DNA from: Macrostomum lignano
Taxonomy: Eukaryota
Direction of reading: 5' to 3'
Assembly (NCBI GenBank): GCA_002269645.1
Contig: NIVC01000708.1
Location: 248,001-312,000 of the forward strand
Length of the DNA stretch: 64,000 bases
Positions within the stretch are counted from its first letter, which is position 1. The number at the start of each line of letters is the position of its first letter. The notes beneath the pieces are model-generated. The model was not told the origin of the DNA, made no database searches, and saw only the letters and a program-made list of their open reading frames with translations. Below, piece after piece: positions 58,095 to 64,000 of the stretch. The translations under genes and the position numbers were made by a program.

Positions 58095-58680
58095 TTTCCC
58101 TCCAGAGTATGTGACCTTGAGGTTTCCCTTCAGAACATGTGACCTTGAGATTTCCCTCCAGAGTATGTGCGAGATTTCCCTCTGCAGCATGTAACCTTGA
58201 GATTTCTTTCCATAGCATGTGACCTTGAGATTTCCCTCCAGAGTGTGCAAAATTTCCCTCTAGAACATGTAACCTTGAGATTTCCATCCAGAGCATGTGA
58301 CCTTGAGATTTCCCTCTAGGGTCGCCATCACAAACCCGAACAGTCACAACTCCGAAAAGCGCTTTCAATCATAAACCCGAAATATCACAAATTTTATAAG
58401 ATATCATAAAATTTTCATCATAACTCCGAGAAAGCCAAAATACCGTTGGGCGTTGTTACAACTTTCGGAGTTATGATATTTTGGATTTATGATGGAAAAC
58501 GCTTTTCGAAGTTGTGATTTTTCGGGTTTGTGATGCCCCACTCTCTAGAACATGAACTTAGGAAATTTCTATTTATAGTATGTGACCTTGAGATTTCCCT
58601 CCAAAGCATGTAACCTTGAGAGTTCACTTAATACCTTATGACCTTGAAATTTCCTTCTAGAGCATGTGACCTTAAACGTC
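58095..58680. repeat. Degenerate ~28-bp minisatellite (ATGTGACCTTGAGATTTCCCTCCAGAGT)n interrupted by a MITE
   Basis: Units on both sides of 58320-58539. Confidence 0.85.
58320..58539. mobile_element. MULE/foldback-like MITE with ~65-bp imperfect TIRs
   Basis: CATCACAAACCCGAA (58326-58340) / TTCGGGTTTGTGATG (58521-58535), complementarity extends ~65 bp; G/C-run termini; flanks TCCCTCTAG/ACTCTCTAG resemble a 9-bp TSD. Confidence 0.65.
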
Positions 58681-59204
58681 CCACTATCCTACTTTCTCTA
58701 GTTCAATGATTCCCGGATAGGTCGAATTGTTTGTTCCGTGTGTCTTCCTAAGATCGCAAAATTTATGGTACAAACATTGTTCGTTTGACTCTACCTGTGC
58801 TGCAGCAGAGCAGAAAGTCATGCGGTATCAGAAAAAATGTTCTGAGTTCTGCTTTTCATGTCTGAGGCCCAAAAACAGCAGGAATTGACAAGTTCTCTCA
58901 GCTGAAAACATTACTGTTTGGCGATTTTAAATGTTGTCTTCTAATTTTACTTTACAAGTTCTCTCTGCACTTCGTGTGTTTTACCTTCCTCATAGCCATG
59001 TTATTAATTGTTTACACTAAAATATATTCGTTTGTTTAACATGGTATATTGCGCAACGAATATTCTCTAACTAAATACTATTATTGCATACTAGTTGTGG
59101 GCCCAAGAAACTGGGCACAGAATTGCATGCAGCTTCCTCTTGCTTATTTTGAACTCAACCGAGCAGTGCAGCGAAATCGGCAGCATCCGCAGAAATGGGT
59201 GGGC

Positions 59205-59940
59205 CAGATGATCTGGATCAGCAATCCATTCTATCTTTCATCTGTGGTGTTGGCTAGATCAGCAATCCATTCTATCCTTCATCTGTGATGCTGGCTAGAT
59301 CAGCAATCCATTCTATTCCTTCATCTGTGATGTTGGCTAGATTAGCAATCCATTCTGTTCCTTCATCAGTGATGCTGGCTAGATCAGAAATCCATTCTAT
59401 CCTTCATCAGTGATGCTGGCTAGATTAGCAATCCATTCTGTTCCTTCATCAGTGATGCTGGCTAGATCAGCAATCCATTCTATTCCTTCATCAGTGATGC
59501 TGGCTAGATTAGCAATCCATTCTGTTCCTTCATCAGTGATGCTGGCTAGATCAGCAATCCATTCTATTCCTTCATCAGTGATGCTGGCTAGATCAGCAAT
59601 CCATTCTATCCTTCATCAGTGATGCTGGCTAGATTAGCAATCCATTCTATTCCTTCATCAGTGATGCTGGCTAGATCAGCAATCCATTCTATCCTTCATC
59701 TGTGATGCTGGCTAGATTAGCAATCCATTCTATCCTTCATCAGTGATGTTGGCTAGATTAGCAATCCATTCTATCCTTCATCAGTGATGTTGGCTAGATT
59801 AGCAATCCATTCTATTCCTTCATCAGTGATCAGTGATGTTGGCTAGATCAGCAATCCATTCTATTCTTCATCAGTGATGTTGGCTAGAATAGCAATCCAT
59901 TCTATCCCTTCATCCGTGATGCTGGCTAGATTAGCAATCC
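59205..59940. repeat. 42-bp minisatellite, reverse complement of 21361-21925
   Basis: GATGCTGGCTAGATTAGCAATCCATTCTGTTCCTTCATCAGT units. Confidence 0.95.
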
Positions 59941-60429
59941 TAAATAATACAGTCTCGATAGAGTTTCATATTTTGCTATTTAAACTTTGTAACCATGGTT
60001 ACGAATAGAGTTTCGCTGCGGTTCTGCTACTCACAAGCAATTTTCCCTAATTCCCAGCATCGAAATGTTTGCCCCATCAAGCAGCTGGCAAGCCGTTGGC
60101 TACTTCAATATTTGGATTTTCCTGGCTGGGAAAATATTCTACAATTGCAAACAGATCAGAGTATTATGTCAGATTGTTCAATGCAAATCATTTCAGAGCA
60201 GATTCCAGCCAATCAGCTGTCAGTCAGCAGATAACGGAAATTCCCTGTCTGTCGGGGGTTTTATGGTCTCTATTTCATGCTTTCGTATTGTCTGTCTAAG
60301 GTTGAAATCATTTCATCGGGTGATTTAGCAGCGACAGACCTCGCGACCGCGGCTGCACCCGTGAGTGCATCTCAGCTCTTGACATTAAGGAACCATGAAA
60401 CCTTAGTCATGATTATGCAATCATGAAAA

Positions 60430-63400
60430 TTTGAAACCATTTAACTATGGAAGGAATCGTGTAACCGTGGAATCATGTAGCCATGGAATTATGTAACCAT
60501 GGAATCATGTAACCATGGAATCATGTAACTATGGAATCATGTAGCCATGGGAACATGTAACCATGGAATCATGTTACCATTTAATCATGTAACCATGGAA
60601 TCATGTTACCATGGAATCATGTAACCATGGAATCATGTAATCATGGAATCATGAAACCATGGAATCATGTAACAATGGAATCATGTAACCATGAAGTCAT
60701 GTAGCCGTGGAATCATGTTACCATGGAATCATGTAACCATGGAGTCATGTAGCCGTGGAATCATGTTACTATAGAATCATGTAACCATGGAATCATGTTA
60801 CCATGGAATCATGTAACCATGGAATCATGTTACCATGGAATCATGTAACCATGGAGTCATGTAGCGGTGGAATCATGTTACCATGGAATCATGTAACCAT
60901 GGAATCATGAAACCATGGAATCATGTAACCATGGAATCATGTTACCATGGAATCATGTAACCATGGAATCATGTAACCATGGAATCATGAAACCATGGAA
61001 TCATGTAACCATGGAATCATGTTACCATTTAATAATGTAACCGTGGAATCATGTAACCATGGAATCATGTAACCATAGAATCATGTAACCATGGAATCAT
61101 GTAACCGTGGAATCATGTAACCATGGAATCATGTAACCATGGAGTCATGTAACCATGGAATCATGTAACCATGGAGTCATGTAGCCGTGGAATCATGTTA
61201 CCATAGAATCATGTAACCATGGAATCATGTTACCATTTAATCATGTAACCATGGAATCATGTTACCATGGAATCATGTAACCATGGAGTCATGTAGCGGT
61301 GGAATCATGTTACCATGGAATCATGTAACCATGGAATCATGTAACCATGGAATCATGTAATCATGGAATCATGTAACCATGGAATCATGTAACCATGGAA
61401 TCATGTAATCATGGAATCATGAAACCATGGAATCATGTAACCATGGAGTCATATTACCATGGAATCATGTAACTATGGAATCATGTAACCATGGAATCAT
61501 GTAATCATGGAATCATCTTACCATTTAATCATGTAACCATGGAATCATGTTACCATGGAATCATGTAACCATGGAATCATGTAACCATGGAATCATGAAA
61601 CCATGGAATCATGTAACCATGGAATCATGTTACCATTTAATAATGTAACCGTGGAATCATGTAACCATGGAATCATGTAACCATAGAATCATGTAACCAT
61701 GGAATCATGTAACCGTGGAATCATGTTACCATGGAATCATGTAACCATGGAGTCATGTAACCGTGGAATCATGTAACCATGGAGTCATGTAGCCGTGGAA
61801 TCATGTTACCATGGAATAATGTAACCATGGAATCATGTAACCATGGAATCATGTAATCATGGAATCATGAAACCATGGAATCATGTAACCATGGAATCAT
61901 GTAACCATGGAATCATGTAACCATGGAATCATGTAACCATGGAATCATGTAACCATGGAGTAATGTAGCCGTGGAATCATGTTACCAAGGAATCATGTAA
62001 CCATGGAGTCATGTAACCATGGAATCATGTAACCATGGAGTCATGTAGCGGTGAAATCATGTTACCATGGAATCATGTAACCATGGAATCATGTAACCAT
62101 GGAATCATGTAACCATGGAATCATGTAACCATGGAATCATGAAACCATGGAATCATGTAACCATGGAATCATGTTACCATTTAATAATGTAACCGTGGAA
62201 TCATGTAACCATGGAATCATGTAACCATAGAATCATGTAACCATGGAATCATGTAACCGTGGAATCATGTTACCATGGAATCATGTAACCATAGAATCAT
62301 GTAACCATGGAATCATGTAACCGTGGAATCATGTTACCATGGAATCATGTAACCATGGAGTCATGTAGCCGTGGAATCATGTAACCATGGAGTCATGTAG
62401 CCGTGGAATAATGTAACCATGGAATAATGTAACCATGGAATAATGTAACCATGGAATCATGTAATCATGGAATCATGAAACCATGGAATCATGTAACCAT
62501 AGAATCATGTAACCATGGAATCATGTTACCATTTAATCATGTAACCATGGAATCATGTAGCCGTGGAATCATGTAACCACGGAGTCATGTAGCGGTGGAA
62601 TCATGTTACCATGGAATCATGTAACCATGGAATCATGTAACCATGGAATCATGTAATCATGGAATCGTGTAACCATGGAATCATGTAGCCGTGGAATCAT
62701 GTAACCATGGAATCATGTAACTATGGAATCATGTAACCATGGAATCATGTAACCATGGAGTCATGTAACCGTGGAATCATGTAACCATGGAATCATGTAG
62801 CCATGGAATCAAGTAACCATAGAATCATGTAACCATGGAATAATGTAACCATGTAATCATGTAATCCATGAAATCGTGTAACCATGGAATCATTTAAACC
62901 ATGGAATCGTGTAAGCCATGGAATCGTGTAACCATGGAATCATGTAACCATGGAATCATGTAACCATGGAATCATGTAACCATGGAATCATGTAACCATG
63001 GAATCATGTAACCATGGAATCATGTAACCATGGAGTAATGTAGCCGTGGAATCATGTTACCAAGGAATCATGTAACCATGGAGTCATGTAGCCGTGGAAT
63101 CATGTAGCCGTGGAATCATGTTACCATGAAATCATGTAACCATGGAGTCATGTAGCCGTGGAATCATGTAACCATGGAATCATGTAACCATGGAATCATG
63201 TAGCCATGGAATCATGTAACCATGAAATCGTGTAACCATGGAATCATGTAAACCATGGAATCGTGTAACCATGGAATCATGTAAACCATGGAATCATGTA
63301 AGCCATGAAATCGTGTAACCATGGAATCATGTAGCCGTGGAATCATGTAACCATGGAATCGTGTAAGCCATGGAATCGTGTAACCATGGAATCATGTAAC

Positions 63401-63815
63401 CATGGAATCATGTAACCATGGAATCATGTAACCATGGAGTAATGTAGCCGTGGAATCATGTTACCAAGGAATCATGTAACCATGGAGTCATGTAGCCGTG
63501 GAATCATGTAGCCGTGGAATCATGTAGCCGTGGAATCATGTTACCATGAAATCATGTAACCATGGAGTCATGTAGCCGTGGAATCATGTAACCATGGAAT
63601 CATGTAACCATGGAATCATGTAGCCATGGAATCATGTAACCATGAAATCGTGTAACCATGGAATCATGTAAACCATGGAATCGTGTAACCATGGAATCAT
63701 GTAAACCATGGAATCATGTAAGCCATGAAATCGTGTAACCATGGAATCATGTAGCCGTGGAATCATGTAACCATGGAATCATGTAAGCCATGAAACCGTG
63801 TAACCATGGAATCGT
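60430..63815. repeat. 16-bp satellite (CATGGAATCATGTAAC)n, ~3.4 kb
   Basis: About 210 monomers with recurrent variant blocks. Confidence 0.98.
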
Positions 63816-63819
63816 GTAA

Positions 63820-64000
63820 TGTCACAGGATCGCACAGGATGTCACAGGATCGCACAGGATGTCACAGGATCGCACAGGATGTCACAGGATCGCACAGGAT
63901 GTCACAGGATCGCACAGGAATACAGGATGTCACAGGATCGCACAGGGTGTCACAGGATCGCACAGGATGTCACAGGATCGCACAGGATGTTACAGGATCG
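63820..64000. repeat. 20-bp repeat (GTCACAGGATCGCACAGGAT)n running off the window end
   Basis: Directly visible; built from two 10-bp subunits. Confidence 0.95.

Overview
Eukaryotic (animal) genomic DNA with GC-rich exons in AT-rich, very repeat-rich intergenic and intronic sequence. The compact spliced genes, minisatellite-filled introns, (CTGT)n/(GATA)n tracts, TTAGGG repeats and Aplysia-like Slo protein fit a lophotrochozoan, possibly a free-living flatworm such as Macrostomum (inference, not proven). Five protein genes can be reconstructed by hand with phase-consistent GT-AG introns: (1) a GPI-type NCAM/Fasciclin II-like 5xIg+2xFN3 adhesion molecule (+, 7745-13329); (2) an essentially intronless, divergent BK/Slowpoke K+ channel (+, ~16942-20424) with an unresolved start, altered S4 and an altered Mg2+ site; (3) TFIIH p62/GTF2H1 (-, 28513-23963); (4) mitochondrial protein-only RNase P PRORP/MRPP3 (-, 51034-46365); (5) a SNX5/6-type PX-BAR sorting nexin (+, 52896-57435). 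The most striking non-genic structure is a 10.6-kb head-to-tail trimer of non-autonomous Helitron-like units (32796-43451). Each unit has a shared 5' module, a degenerate tRNA-like Pol III cassette, a 1.2-2.8 kb internal satellite array that differs between units, and a hairpin+CTAG end; two units also carry TTAGGG tracts. The window also holds about 25 other mini/microsatellites, several MITEs (hAT-, Harbinger-, MULE-like) and a 3.4-kb 16-bp satellite near the right end. No rRNA, functional tRNA or CRISPR array is supported; most long ORFs in the supplied track are artefacts of tandem repeats.
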